DNA of 64,000 nucleotides from Balanoglossus misakiensis. Its lineage: Eukaryota > Animalia > Hemichordata. Position numbers and translations under genes: made by a program. Of the stretch, positions 1-13,366 are shown piece by piece (position 1 is the first letter of the stretch; each line of letters starts with the position of its first letter). A model generated the notes under the pieces. It was not told where the DNA came from. It worked only from the letters and a program-made list of their open reading frames with translations, and searched no databases. The DNA is taken from positions 1,240,001-1,304,000 of the forward strand of contig CM082592.2 in the NCBI GenBank assembly GCA_040954595.2. Reading direction: 5' to 3'.

Positions 1-23
1 AGGTATCATTTTCTTGGAGTGGA

Positions 24-3000
24 ATTTTTTATTTGTCTATACAATGTTTGTGCAGATGGGAAAAGTCAAATTTTTGGAGTATGATAATCTAAGGAATAGT
101 GCAATAAAAAACACAGAAAAAAATTGCAATCATCACATTTTAGCTGCAATGTAAGGACTATTAAGAAGAGTCCTCCCCAAAACTGAATTACAAAGTATTC
201 ATTCAACAAATTTGGTTTCAATTCTTTTTTTTTTTTTTTTATTAAATCAGAGAAAAAAAAAGAGATACAAATCAAGGGAAGTCAAAAACACAAAAACAAT
301 AGGAAGGTGAGGGCAAAGGGCAAAAACAAATAAAAAACAAGAACACAATTGTCATAATCGACAATCTGAAGACATCACAGTGGCAGGATTACTTTCCATT
401 TGTCGTGAAAAAGATTGATTATTCCATTTTTCTTTGCAATATTTTTTTCTGAGATTACAATACTTTTAACTTTTTCAATGAAGACAGCAAGAGACGGTTT
501 TTCATTTAAGAAACGAATTGCATATAAATGGTACTTGGCTATAATTAATAAATGGTTTAATAGTGAGTTTCTGTTTTGAGGAAGGACACCAAAAAGGACA
601 TCTCGACAAGATAGTGTGATTATTTGATTTGTTTTTAACTGGTAGAATTTTTGAAAGGTGGCCCAAAATTTTCTGGCTTCGCTACATTCCCAAAATAAAT
701 GCTCTATAGTTTCTTGTAAATTACAGTGTTGACAGCTATCACTGTCTTTTATTTTATTATTCATTAGAAAAAGGTTTGTAGCTAGTATGCGGTGATTAAT
801 TTTAAATTGAAAAACTCGCAATTTCACCTCTTTTGTGGTTTCATATGGCAATTTCCATATTTTTGTCCAGTTTACGTTTCGCGCATAATTCATTTTAGAG
901 TACTTTTTTTTCTGAAGTGGGTGGGAGAAACTTTTTTTGCTTAAACATCTCGTAGAATTCCTTTGTGGTGCCTGTTCGAATTGGGTTTTTTTCAAGGTAT
1001 TCTTGCGTATTTTCATCAGTTGCTGGAATAAAACTGCCATTTCTCAATAATTCTTTCCATTTTCTTGGTATTGAGGAGATAACACCACTATATGTTATAC
1101 AATCTACATTGACATTAAACTTTTCCTTAAACTCCTGCCAGGGGAGTGGAGCACCAGTAACATCAAAGAAATCGCTTATGTACTTAATACCCTGTTGGAA
1201 CAATTTTTTATAGAATATGCCATTTTTTATAGAATATGGTGTTCCCATCGACAGTAACATATTTGTTATTCCATATGAATTGTGACGCGACCTCCTGGGC
1301 TGTATGAATTTCCACGTTTTTCAGTTCCGAAAGATATGTCAAAATATTCGAGTAAAACATAGGGATTTTAAAGGGAATGCGTTTAACGTCATAATTACTG
1401 TTTAATAGAAATCTGAGGCCCCCAGTCTTTGAAAATATAAATTTGGGATAAGCTTCCATGGGGAATCATTTTCTAAAAGTTGCTTCAAATAAGACAATTT
1501 AAGTGCCTTATTCATTTCCAAAACGTCAATCATTTTAAGCCCCCTTTATCTAAATCCCCCATAATTGTAACATTTTTAATATGAGTTTTTTTATTTTTCC
1601 ACAGAAATTTAAAAAGTATTGAGTTTGCTTCTTTTACAAAACTTTCAGGAACAGAAATTGCTTTCATAACGTATACTAATTTTGAAATTCCAAAGCATTT
1701 TGAAAGAAGTACTCTCCCCTCTATTGTCAGATTTCTACCTTTCCATATGTCTAATTTATCTCTAAGTTTTCTTAAAATATTCCAGCAATTAAGTTTCTCA
1801 TTTTGAACTGTGTCGTGGCCAATGTGCACTCCGAGCAATGTTATTGGTGATTTAGTATCGGATAAAATTGGCGGAAGATCACCGAAGTATTTCCACAGAC
1901 GTTTCGTTGGTCCTACTAAAAGTAATTCTGTTTTATTGTAATTTATTTCTAACCCTGAACAATTCGTAAATTCCTTTAACATTTAAATGCTTGTATTAAT
2001 GTCTGCTATACCATTTAGGAATAAAGTTGTGTCATCTGCAAAACCTGAAATTTTCTTTTTGTTATTTGGGGTAAGAGTAATTCCATCAATATCCTCCGAA
2101 TTCCTTACGGCTATTGCCAGCAACTCAATTGATATTACAAATAATGCTGTCGACAGGGGGCATCCCTGTCTTATCCCACGTTCTAATTCAAACCAACCCG
2201 TTGAAAATCCATTGTTTACGACACAGCTCTGTACTTTTGTATAGAAAACTTTAACCCATTTACAGAAATTTTGACCAAAACCGAATAATTGTAGTGCCTT
2301 ATGCATGAAACTCCACTCCAAGCTGTCAAACGCTTTCTTAAAATCTATGAACAGTATAGCGCCTGGTATTTTTTCATTTTCCATGTATTCAATTAAATCG
2401 GAAACAAGCCGTATATTTTCCATTATACTTCTGCCCTTGACGAAGGCTGTTTGGTCTTGATGAATAATTGAAGGCAGGACTTCCGAGACTCGAGTAGCGA
2501 TACTCCTACTTGCTGCTTTGTAATCAGAGTTTAAAAGGGAAATGGGGCGCCAATTCTCTATGTTATGGGGGTCTTTACCTGTTTTAGGAATGAGAGTGAT
2601 TACTGCTTGTCTCTGGGTTTGTGAAAGTTGTCCCGATTCATAGGCATAATTAAGGCTGTCCACAAGCTTAGTACCAAGCGTGTCCCAAAAGGCTATGTAA
2701 GATTCAGGTGGTAACCCATCACTGCCTGGAGATTTGTTTTTTGGGGATGACTTTAGCGATTCTAGTATTTCCTTTTCCTTTAGGGGACCTTCACATCGCT
2801 CATGTTCAAGTTTTGACAATTTAGGTATGTTTGTTGGGTTAAAGAAGGTATTACATTCTTGACTATCTGTGTTAATGTTATTTGATCTGTACAAGTGCAT
2901 GTAAAAATGTCTAAGTTCGGTAAGTATTTCTTTCGGGTCTTGTATTTCTCTATCCTCCAACCGTAATTTATTTATAGTTTTCTTATTAAAGTTTCTTTTT

Positions 3001-4005
3001 TCAAGGTTAAGAAAATACTTACTACTTTTTTCGCCTTGTTCGTACCACCTAACTCGGGATCTTATAGCTGCCCCCTCTACTTTGTTTAAAGTTATTTTTT
3101 CTAATTCTTGTTTAGTTCTTTCATATTCAGAGAGTACTTGTTCATCTAATGATTCGTCTATTGCTTCTTCTAGTTTGTCAAGCCTATTTTGTAGATCTTT
3201 TTTTTCATCTCTCAATTTGCTCTGTTTAATTTTACAAAAAGACACAGTTTTTTCTCGGATTTTATATCTTAGAAACTCAAAGGATGCTTGGGCGTTCATA
3301 TGCGATCTTTCATTTTCTTTAATGGTTTCTTCGATGTGTAATTTCATCATATTAAGATATTCTGAATCCTCTAAAAGACTTGTATTAAATTTCCAAAATC
3401 CCGGGCCTTTTTTCTTTGTGTTAGGGATATTAAATTTTAAAATTACCGCACTGTGGTCTGTTTTTATACTTCCGATTATATCAGCTTTTTTTGTTTCCCG
3501 CCCTATACAGGTAGAAACTAAAAAAATAATCAAGTCTTGAGCAGCTTTCCTGTCTTCTCCATGTATATCTATAAACTTCTGGATTAAGCTGTCTAAATAT
3601 GTCAAGAAGGTGCATGGAGTTCATTAATTGATGAAGTTCATTTCTTACTTTACATTTATGGTCTTTTGAAGCCCCTTTCCTATCTATAGTTGGTTCTAAA
3701 ACAACATTAAAATCGCCTCCCATACAGATATTTGAATGTGGGAAATCAGTATGTATCAGCCTTGTCAAGAGCGAAAAAAACGAGATTTGCTTTCTTTCAT
3801 CATTAGGCGCATATATATTAACTAGTAAAAATTTAAAATCGTCTGATGTTATTTCGGTAATAATGTACCTCCCCTGACTGTGCCGTATAACAGAACCTAT
3901 TTGTATATGAGTTGATTTCCGGTTTATCAAAATTGCTGTGCCGCAGCTATGTTGGGTACCATGTGAAAATAGAATTGGAGGGGTCCAACAAATTGATTTC
4001 CATCA
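24..4005 (-). mobile_element. Tx1/L1-clade non-LTR retrotransposon, 5'-truncated, ORF2 broken by several frameshifts
   Basis: Consecutive minus ORFs give the APE endonuclease (FSHG..CG, VNIYAPND, GGDFN, SRLDYF, TDHSAV), the RT (PGSDGLP, WRPISLLNSDYK, IDFKKAFDS, GIRQGCPLS, FADD) and the C-terminal zf-RVT (C..C...ETIEHLFWEC). An AATAAA/A-run lies on the minus strand at ~24-33. Confidence 0.93.
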
Positions 4006-4575
4006 TTTTGGGGATGTTTATTCATCATTGAAACCAAAACAGCAAATAAAACAAATAACTATTAGCAAAACTCCTACGAGAATACACGAAATAGGTGAAC
4101 AAATACCGTTAAGAAATAGAAGTGCCGCCCCCCCCCCCACAAATGTAATAGAGGGGTCCTAAAATTTGCATGTGATCTTCTGCGACCAGGTGGGTCCCCA
4201 TTTAAGTCAAAACAGCAAAAACAATCTTTAGCAGAATATTCTACGAAAATGGAGTAGATAGGTGAATAAATATCTTCGGGAGGCCAAAACAGGAGTGACC
4301 CCCCCCCCGAAAAAATATGATGGAGGGGCCCTAAAAATTGCACCCCATCATTTTCGGGTAGTTGGGTCCCCATTGAAGCCAAAACAGTAAAACATTCAAT
4401 TTTAGCACAAAAATCCTACGGGAATACACATCATACCACAAAACGGAAGTACTCCCCCCACAGAAAAATATGATGGAGGGGCCCTTAAAATTGCACCCCA
4501 TCATTTTCGAGTAGTTAGGTCCCCATAGAAGCCAAAACAGCAAACAAATCTATTTTAGCACAAAAATCCTACGGG
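4001..4575. repeat. Imperfect tandem repeat, ~150-175 bp unit, about 3.5 copies
   Basis: Recurring CATCATTTT (4001, 4346, 4499), CCAAAACAGCAA, CTACG.GAATACAC, C-runs and ATGATGGAGGGGCC. Confidence 0.75.
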
Positions 4576-5788
4576 TGCTGTTTTCCTTGACATACCATAC
4601 CGCACTATAACATGAAAATACCCTTACTGTTTTGACTTTTGACAGCCGCCTGGCCCGTTTTGGCCATTGTTTTAACACCAGTACTGCATTCGTTGCAAAT
4701 TTAGAAAAAAGCTTGAGCAACTGCCCAAGTGTATATTTCATCTAATGCTTTTAAAGAGTAAGAAAATACAGTATCAAAAACGGAAACGTGAAGAACTTGA
4801 AGAGCTTGCCAGAAAACCAAATTCCAAATTATTTTGGCAAAGATTGAAAGTCAGTCCCTCAGGAGTATCTGGTAAGATAAATACAGATGACTGGTTTTGT
4901 TATTTTAACACACTGTTCAATCCAGATGCTTTAAACAGGGAGGACAGAGAACAACTTTATTCATCTGTTCAAGATTTCCTACATAATTTAGACATTGACG
5001 ATGTTGAAAATACAGATGTTGACTGTACAGAGTTAAACTGTCCCATCTCCATGCTTGAAATAAAAAACAGTATTGCTAAATTGAAAAATAATAAGGCACC
5101 TGGATTGGATGGCATCTCAGCAGAGTTTTGGAAGGCTGCTCCCCAGGAGATATTGGATATGTTACATGTACTGTATAATGAAATTTTGGCTAGTGGCATA
5201 TTCCCCCAACAGTGGGCAGTAGGACTAATTAGTCCAGTATACAAGAAGGGAAGAAAGGATTCACCAGAAAACTATAGAAGTATTATGCTTCTTAATGTTA
5301 TTGGGAAAATTTATACAAATATTCTGACAGATAGACTTTCTGGTTGGTTCAACAATTACAGTCAGATAGTTGAACCTCAGAGTGGTTTTAGAAAAAACAG
5401 AAGCACTTTAGACAATGTTTTCATTTTACGCACGCTTATTGAAAAGTATGTATTTCACTTGAAAAGTCGTTTGTACTGTGCTTTTATAGATTTCGAGAAA
5501 GCGTTCGACAGAATACACCATTACTCATTATTTTATAAATTGGTCAAGTCAGGTGTGAGAGGAAATTTTCTGTCTTCATTATACTCGATGTACTCTCATG
5601 TTAAAGCCGCTGTTAAAACCCCACATGGTATAACAGACTTTTTTCACATAAATGTGGGTGTACAGCAGGGTTCAGTCATTTCACCCATATTATTTTGTTT
5701 TTACATAAATGATCTTGGGGAAGCACTTGCGCAGGGTACCGAAACTGTGGTATACTGTAATTTGTTAAAACTTTTCTATTTGTTATAT

Positions 5789-8700
5789 GGGCCGTCCCAA
5801 GCAGAAAGGGGTCTTATGGGAGCGCGCGTCGTTTCGAATAAACTGCATGTGGATACAATGTATCAATATTTACTGCACTGCACTGGGGTCACTGATATTT
5901 CAATTATGTGACCTCTACAAAAAGAACATTTTTTTCTGTATTTATATGATATTCTCTGCAAATTTCTATTATCATTTGAATAGCATTTTTTTCGATTTCT
6001 GGATTGTTTATCGTGGTTTTTTTCCGGTTTTCTAAAATACCGTTTTGACGGTGGTTCCCGCCACTATGCGACACGTGATCAACTCGCGCCAAATAGTAAA
6101 CAGCACGTACGTTCGTCTGAATCTAATAATTATGTCTTTTGCGGTCGAAGTACCCGTTGATATCGATCCTGAAATACGATTTCTGCTTGAAGAACATCAA
6201 AATAACATCGTAGAAACCTTCAGCCCACCGGGATCTCGCTCCAACTCTCAGAATTTTGACGAGCATATCGTTGCATCAACCAACACCGCCGAGGTGCACG
6301 ACGATTCCGGTGATGATGATGGTGATGAACACACAGAAACGCCTGATGTTGCTGCACTAGCTCGTCTATATCCATCATCCGATGAAGTTCCAGATGACCA
6401 AGGGCCTAGGGATGATTTGGATAAGGCATTTGTGCGATCAACAATGCAGGCGGGGTGCGGCTGTACGAATGAGTGCTTCAGTAGTTTAGATGTTGACCGC
6501 GTGTGGGAATATCGGATCAACATGGCTGAGTTCCCCAAAGACCAGTTTGATGTGCTGATATTGTCAAAGTTGGAGCAAAGCGAATATATGGGTGAACCGA
6601 AAGGAGGAGGGAAAAGAGAAAGGCAGTCTTTCCAGTACCGATTTGCTGGTAAAATTGTGTGTGAAAAGGCCTGGCGTTATATTCATATTATGGGTAAGTC
6701 ATCACTCGTGTGTCTCAGTTTCAGCCAAATTAGCGTGTATCGTCAGGATTTGCACGAATTTACGGCTCCCGTTTCAAAATGACGACCATCGTTGCATTTT
6801 TTTTCATAATACTCTATCGGTATTATGCCCATATAGGCTATGTAATGAGCCAATAAAATTTCGGGCATACGTATATGATCGCTAGAAGTTGTAACCGATA
6901 TCAACCGTCAGCTGTCGTTAGTGTCACAAGGAGGTCCCACAAATTCAAACAAAAAACAATGACGTCACTGAGCTGCCGTGTCTGTAGTAAATAAGGATAC
7001 AACCAGACAGAATTTCAAAAATCAAAGTTGACCATTTATTCTGCAATTCAACTATATTTTTTTGGTATTTAATAGGATTATTTTCAATTTGACCCTTCTT
7101 TTTTGTTTATATATTTATTAGGAAAGAAGAGATTTGGTAATTTAAAGGCACATTATAAGTTGCATGGTGTAGTTCCAAGAGATCATGGAATGAAGGGAAA
7201 GAGACCAATAAATGCTTTTTCTTTTGAAGTAAGTAAATGAGTTAGACACGAATGTAATCCTTTTGGAAAAGGTTTTCTTTGATATTGATCTTCTGAATAA
7301 TTGTAACTGTCGACTTTAAAATATGCCTGTGTTGTTAACATTAGAATGCTAATTGGTTACTGTTACAATTTAAAGCTCCATGGCATTAGCTGTAACATTT
7401 GGCTGTTTCTGTAATTATTTTGTTCTACTTTGTATCATCTGCAGTTCGCTATTCAAATCTTTGAAGCTCCAAACATGAAATACCCAGTATTTTATCACAA
7501 CATTGATGCATATGTTACGGTTCAGCAATGTTATTGTTGAAAATTGCATTCAAGTCCGCATTAGAATTCATTTGTCACCAATTAGCTATGGTCATTACAC
7601 ATGTATTGATGGTCTGCACCCAGAATTCTATGTATATTATCATGCTATAGAGAGTAGACTAGAACATGAATCTGTTTAAGATGAACCAAAGACTTATGAA
7701 ACAGCTAAAAGTTACAGTTTGTGTCCCTTTAAGGATCATAAAATAGTGTATGATGGCAGTATTGTGCACATTGACAATATTGCTCACGCCCTGTTCCTGG
7801 ATGCAAACTAATCCTTTCAACTTACTCTTCCAGATAGTTCAAGATGTTGTGCAGTTTTTGGTACGCTATGGGGAAGAGTATGGGTTACCTATGCCAGCAG
7901 CACCCCGTGGTCGTGATGGGAAGGCCCCTGTTTACTTACCTTCGAGTGACAGATTTACAGATATCTATGAGAAATATGTCGACGCCTGCAATGACTGTGA
8001 GCCGATAAGACAACATGTTGGTGAGACAAGTTTTCGGAACATTTGGCTGTCATGTGTCCCCCATATACAGAAGATGGAGCCATGTACAGATGTTTGTGTC
8101 AAGTGTGAACAATTCCGTAACAATTTGAAGTATGCAGTAACTGAGGACGACAAATTGACAAATAGTTTAGCTTTTTCTGAACATATTTTGAAAGCGCAGA
8201 ATGAAAGGAAATTTTTGAATGACTGTATCAGGAAAGCACGGGACGAGTTGTGCGATGGGGATTTCAGTTTACCTGTCACTGCATGTTCACAAGATTTACA
8301 TTCAGTTCATTACACCTTTGACTTTGCTCAAAGTTTTCTTGTGCCTCACCAGTCTCGTCAGGTCAGTCAGCTTTATTTTTTGAACCCATTGAAAGTCAAC
8401 TGCTTTGGCATATGTAATGATGGGATTAAATCACAAATGAATTATCTTTTTGATGAGTCACAAACTATAGGTATTGATAACAAGAGTTGTCATGGTGCTA
8501 ACAATGTTGTAAGTATGCTTGATAATTACTTTGATAATCATGGTTTAGGGGAGAAAACCTGTCACTGCCATGCAGACAATTGTGGTGGTCAGAACAAGAA
8601 TAAAACTGTTGTTCATTATTTTTGTTACCGCACTAGTACAGGATTACATGATGAAATTAATTACCATTTTTTAGAGCCTGGTCACACTAAATGCATATGC

Positions 8701-10374
8701 GATGCTTGTTTTGGAAAGATTCGTCAATTTTATCGTAGGAGTGATGTTGATACTGTGAGCCAGTTAGGTGAACTCGTCAACAAAAGTGCAAAAATCAATA
8801 ATGCAAAACTGTATATGAGCCGGGGATCTCCTGTTCCAAATTTTCAGTGGTACCAATGGGACACATTTTTTTCCAAGTATTTGAAACCTCTTAAAGGAAT
8901 TCGTGGCTACCACCACTTCAGATTTTCCAAGAATGATCCTGGGTGTGTTTATGTAAGGAGGGCACCAGCAGACAACGAGGAACGAATTGATCTTGTAAAG
9001 CGAGGTGTTTCATGGCCTCCATCTCCTGACAGTAAGCCAGAATTGTTGCCTGCTGGTGGTATGAGTCTGGCAAGATGGAGGGAGCTGAATAAAACAATAG
9101 CCCCATATGTAAGAGAGCCCTACAGACATGAATTTTTCCCAGAGCCAGAGGAGTGAATGCCACAGCAAATCCACTAATACAATAAAACTGCAGTAAAAGC
9201 TTGTTCTGTCTGGTACACACCATGGACATTACATTGGGTAAAATTCAAACTACATGTTTCAATTTTCATTAGCATGAGTTACCTAAATATGTGAAATACA
9301 CTGCTAAAAATTTGATTGTAGATTTGGCCAATAACACACTTTACTTCATAGCTTTAAAGACATTCGTTGGCTATGGGGTACTCTTACTTGACAAAGGCAC
9401 AGTTATGTATTAATACCTCATGTAATCAATCAATCATTGTACATTTGTAACTTTCAGATCTTAGTAATGGGACGTCTTTGCTGACACACACCTGTATTAC
9501 ACAAAATTTGCAGAGGGCCTGCCACAGGGGCCATTTTTTCTGGTGTAAAATGATGTTTTGAAGTGGCACTATCATTAGTGTCACATTTTATTGTGTACAG
9601 ATGTAAATAAAATAACTTTTAGAATATGCACGCTTTGTGTTTGTGAATCCCTGCCACCCCTGTAAAATAATGGAATGACCCAACGTACAGAAAGTATGGT
9701 CTTACAGAAATGACATCATCAGTCATTGAATGAAATACTGACACTTAAATAATTAAACATCACTGAACACCTTTATTTTTACACTGACAAAACAGGATGA
9801 CCCATTCAGTTTGTACATGAGAGGTCTTGGTTCTTTATCTTGGGAAGGGGTATTTGTTACTTTTAAAGTGATAAGGTTTCAGTAGGAAGTGGCAAATTTC
9901 ATAAAAATATACTATCAGATATAGTCATTTACAAAAGTGTGTTGTAAGTGATGATTTTCCTTTTGCAACGGTACGCGAATTTGTTTCCCTTGTCAAAATA
10001 GGTGTGTACAGACCTTATCTCCCCCCTGAACAAAATGAAATCACCCACCAGCAAAATGTATTGCTTGAGTACACACACGGTGTCGACCACTGGTATAAAT
10101 AACGGAAATGTTGAAAAGAATTGTGATAAACACTTTAAATTGTAATTTATACACATGTAACAACAACTGATCAAAAGAAACAAAAACATGAGAAAAACTG
10201 TATCATCAGAGGTCAGAGGTCACATTTTCTAGAGGGCCAAAATCATAGTTATAGAGTGAATTTTAGAGTGAGGGATGTTTTTCCTGAAAGATGACCACGT
10301 GAGCTGTTGAAAAATGAAAAAATCTCAAAATCGATAATTTTGACCATAAGACCCCTTTCTGCTTGGGACGGCCC
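5789..10374 (+). mobile_element. Sola-superfamily DNA transposon (probably Sola2), full length, 4586 bp
   Basis: Perfect 31-bp TIRs GGGCCGTCCCAAGCAGAAAGGGGTCTTATGG (5789-5819 and 10344-10374); 4-bp TSD ATAT (5785-5788 and 10375-10378); internal DDD transposase. Confidence 0.92.
6132..9156 (+). CDS. Sola DDD transposase, 3 exons (6132-6693, 7122-7228, 7834-9156), 663 aa if spliced as predicted
   Basis: GT-AG introns with matching phases (G|GTAAGT...TTAG|GA and GAA|GTAAGT...CCAG|ATA). Motifs CGC...C, TDVC..CE, HYTFDFAQ, HADNCGGQNKN, PGHTKCICDACFG, YHHFRF. No internal stops. Confidence 0.88.
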
Positions 10375-11789
10375 ATATGCTGATGATCTCTTGTTATTTA
10401 GTTCTACCCCAATTGGCTTACAACGTTTACTTAACAGACTAGCTGATTATTGTAAACAATGGAAACTCAAAGTTAATTTAAGCAAAACAAAAATCATTGT
10501 TTTTCGTAAAGCAGGAAGGTTGAAGAAAACTGAGAAATGGTTCTTGGAAAATCAGAGAATTGAAGTGGTTTCGAAATATAATTATTTGGGGATTGTTTTC
10601 TCTAGCTCTGGTATTTGGTTCCAAGCACAAAAGTACATAGCTGATCAAGCAAGGAAAGCACTGTACAGCTTGCAAAGTATTCTTTATAAACTAGATGGTT
10701 TACAACCAGATATTACTTTTAGGATCTTTGACTGTAAGATTCTCCCAATTCTCCTGTATGGAAGTGCTATTTGGGGAACTCATAATTGTACCGATATTGA
10801 AAAAAATACACCATAAATTTTGTAAATTTATTCTAGGAGTTGGCATGAGCACCACAAATGCCGCCGTTAGGGGGGAATTGGGGAGACATCCTATCAGAAT
10901 ATATATTGACATGCAAATATTAAGATTTTGGTTTCGGTGCATCAGTGCTGATTGCCCACTCATTGTTAGAAACTGCTATGAATATCAATATGATCGTGCT
11001 GAAAAGGGATACGATTGCTTAGCATTGTACATTAAAAACCTTCTATGTAGAAATGGCTTTTCAGAAATTTGGTTAAATCCTCATAGTGTTAATAGTAATA
11101 TTTTTCTTCAGCAATTTAAACAGAGGTGTTATGACGTTTCCACACAAGAATGGTATTCGGATATATGTAATAGCTCTAAATTAACGACATACTGTAAATT
11201 TAAACGTAACTTAACCTGTGAGATATACCTTTGCTGTATTTCAAATCGCATATATAGAAATGCCCTTTCTCGTTTTAGAGTATCATCTCATTGTCTTTCT
11301 ATTGAAAAGGGTAGAAAGGGTGGAATCCCCCGAGAACAAAGGTTATGTCCATTTGGTTGATTCTATAGAGGACGAATATCATTTTGCACTAGTATGTCCA
11401 AAATATGAAGCTATTAGGAGAAAATTTCTTAATAGATTTTACTACACATCTGCGAGTGAATGGAAATTTTTGCTTCTTATGCAATCAAAAAATCCGCATG
11501 TACTGGAAAATTTTGGAAAATATCTTTTTTATTCATTTAAAAAGCGTGAAAGTCTTGTAACAGAGTGATGACAGAGAAGAGGATGTGCTTCATTGTCACA
11601 GTTGGCGACTGATACTGTTTCTTTCTGTAAAAATGAGATTGTACATAAAGGCTGGAAGCCTAAAGTACTGAATAAAGCTTATTATATATTTCATCTAGCC
11701 ACAGACAAATTTCTCTTTGTCTGTGTTCTGGCTTTAGTTTAGTATGAGACATTTTAGCCACAAGCTAATAATAAAAATAATAAGAATAA

Positions 11790-13366
11790 ACAACTCATCC
11801 ATTATCTTGAGACAAAGCACGTTCTCCTGGATACACAATTTGGGTTTCGTAAAAATACAACACCAAGCTGGCCCTTATTGACTTAGTTTCTGATATCAGT
11901 GACTGCTTAGATAGCGGTTCCATCACCTTTGGCATTTTCATTGACTTCAAGAAAGCTTTTGACACCATCAATCACGACATCTTAATCCATAAACTTCATC
12001 ATTATGGCATCAGAGGCATTCCATTACAATGGTTCAGTAATTATTTGACAAACCGGCAGCAATCAGTTATTATTAACAATGTGTCATCTCCATACTCACA
12101 AATACAGTGTGGCGTCCCACAAGGATCAATACTTGGCCCAGTTTTATTTTTAATTTACATCAACGACATCGCCAATTCAACGAAAGCCTTCCACTTCCGC
12201 CTTTTTGCAGACGATACCAATCTGTTCAAGTTCATCAATAACCACCACATTGACCTTACACAAGTTAACTCTGATTTCTGCAAAGTTTGTGATTGGTGTC
12301 GGGCTAATAAACTCACTATCAATGCTGACAAAACAAATTATATGATAGTGAAAACATCCCGCAAACATGTAGTCATCAATGGGACTTTAGATATTGACGG
12401 GAAAAGTCTTGATTGTGTCCCATCAGCCACAAACTTGGGGGTCACCCTCGATCAAAATATCAACTGGAAAACGCATATCCAGAGGGTCGTAAAAACTATT
12501 GCCCCGAAAATCGGTATTATCTCTCAACTTCGCCACTTTGTTCCAAAATATATTCTTCTCCTGCTCTACAACTCGCTTATCCTCCCACACATCACTTACT
12601 GCATCGAAATTTGGGGCAATACTTTTACGACTTTCTTGGAACCAATTTTTCTTTTACAAAAGAAAATCACTCGCCCGATAACGTTTTCCGACTTCTGTGC
12701 CCACACTCCCCCCTTATTTAGACAGCTTGGTATCTTAGACGTTTTTAAGTTATGTAAATTTCAAACTTGTCTTTTTGTTTTGATATGTTAAACGACCATT
12801 ATGCCCGGGACAAAACCCGTTATATTCACTCTATTCCCCACAACTATCCCACCCGTTTTTCCACTGATGAAAACTTTTATATACCCAGAATTAGTCTTAC
12901 ACAAAGTAAACACCACATAAAATATGCAGCAACCAATCTATGGAATTCACTCCCAATACATATAAAAAGGATCACATCTCGACACTCATTTAAGAAAATA
13001 TTAAAAGCCCACCTTCTTCATGACGAACAGATTGCGTAAGACTTCCACTGATTTTCTGATTTACAAGACCATGTATTTATCTACTTAACTTTGTCAATTT
13101 ATTTATATATCCATTTATTTCCCTGCCAAATATTGTTTACTTCTTTTATAGTATATAATTGACTCCTCAGTTCAGCACTCGTGTATTTTCCTTTTTCAAT
13201 TGGAATATTCCATTTGTACTGGTCACGGACTAGACTAGTTCCTAACGAACTAATTCCGTGACCATATCGGATGAATAGTATTTTATCTTTTTCTTTGTTC
13301 CAATATTCATATGTATATAATTTTTTTCATTCGAAAAAATAAATCAATTACAATTACAATTACAAT
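11790..13366 (+). mobile_element. CR1/L2-group (Crack-like) LINE 3' fragment
   Basis: QFGFRK, FIDFKKAFDTINH, GVPQGSILGPVLFLIYIND, FADDTN, LWNSLP. A 3'UTR stem-loop at ~13220-13264 and an (ATTACA)n tail at ~13347-13366. Confidence 0.88.

Larger units (their letters stand above)
4580..11690 (+). mobile_element. RTE-X-like non-LTR retrotransposon (5'-truncated RT ORF), split by a DNA transposon at 5789-10374
   Basis: ORF 4745-5788 has APGLDG, NYRSIMLL, QSGFRKNRST, FIDFEKAFD, GVQQGSVISP. It resumes at 10379 with ADD, YNYLGIVF, GELGR and the C-terminal LSRFRVSSH.L.IEKGR...RLC...IEDEYHF..CP. Frameshifts at ~10810 and ~11355; AATAAA at ~11671. Confidence 0.88.

Noticed and set aside
1987-3540. Plus-strand ORFs of 85 and 152 aa
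   Set aside because: They are antisense shadows of the Tx1 ORF2.
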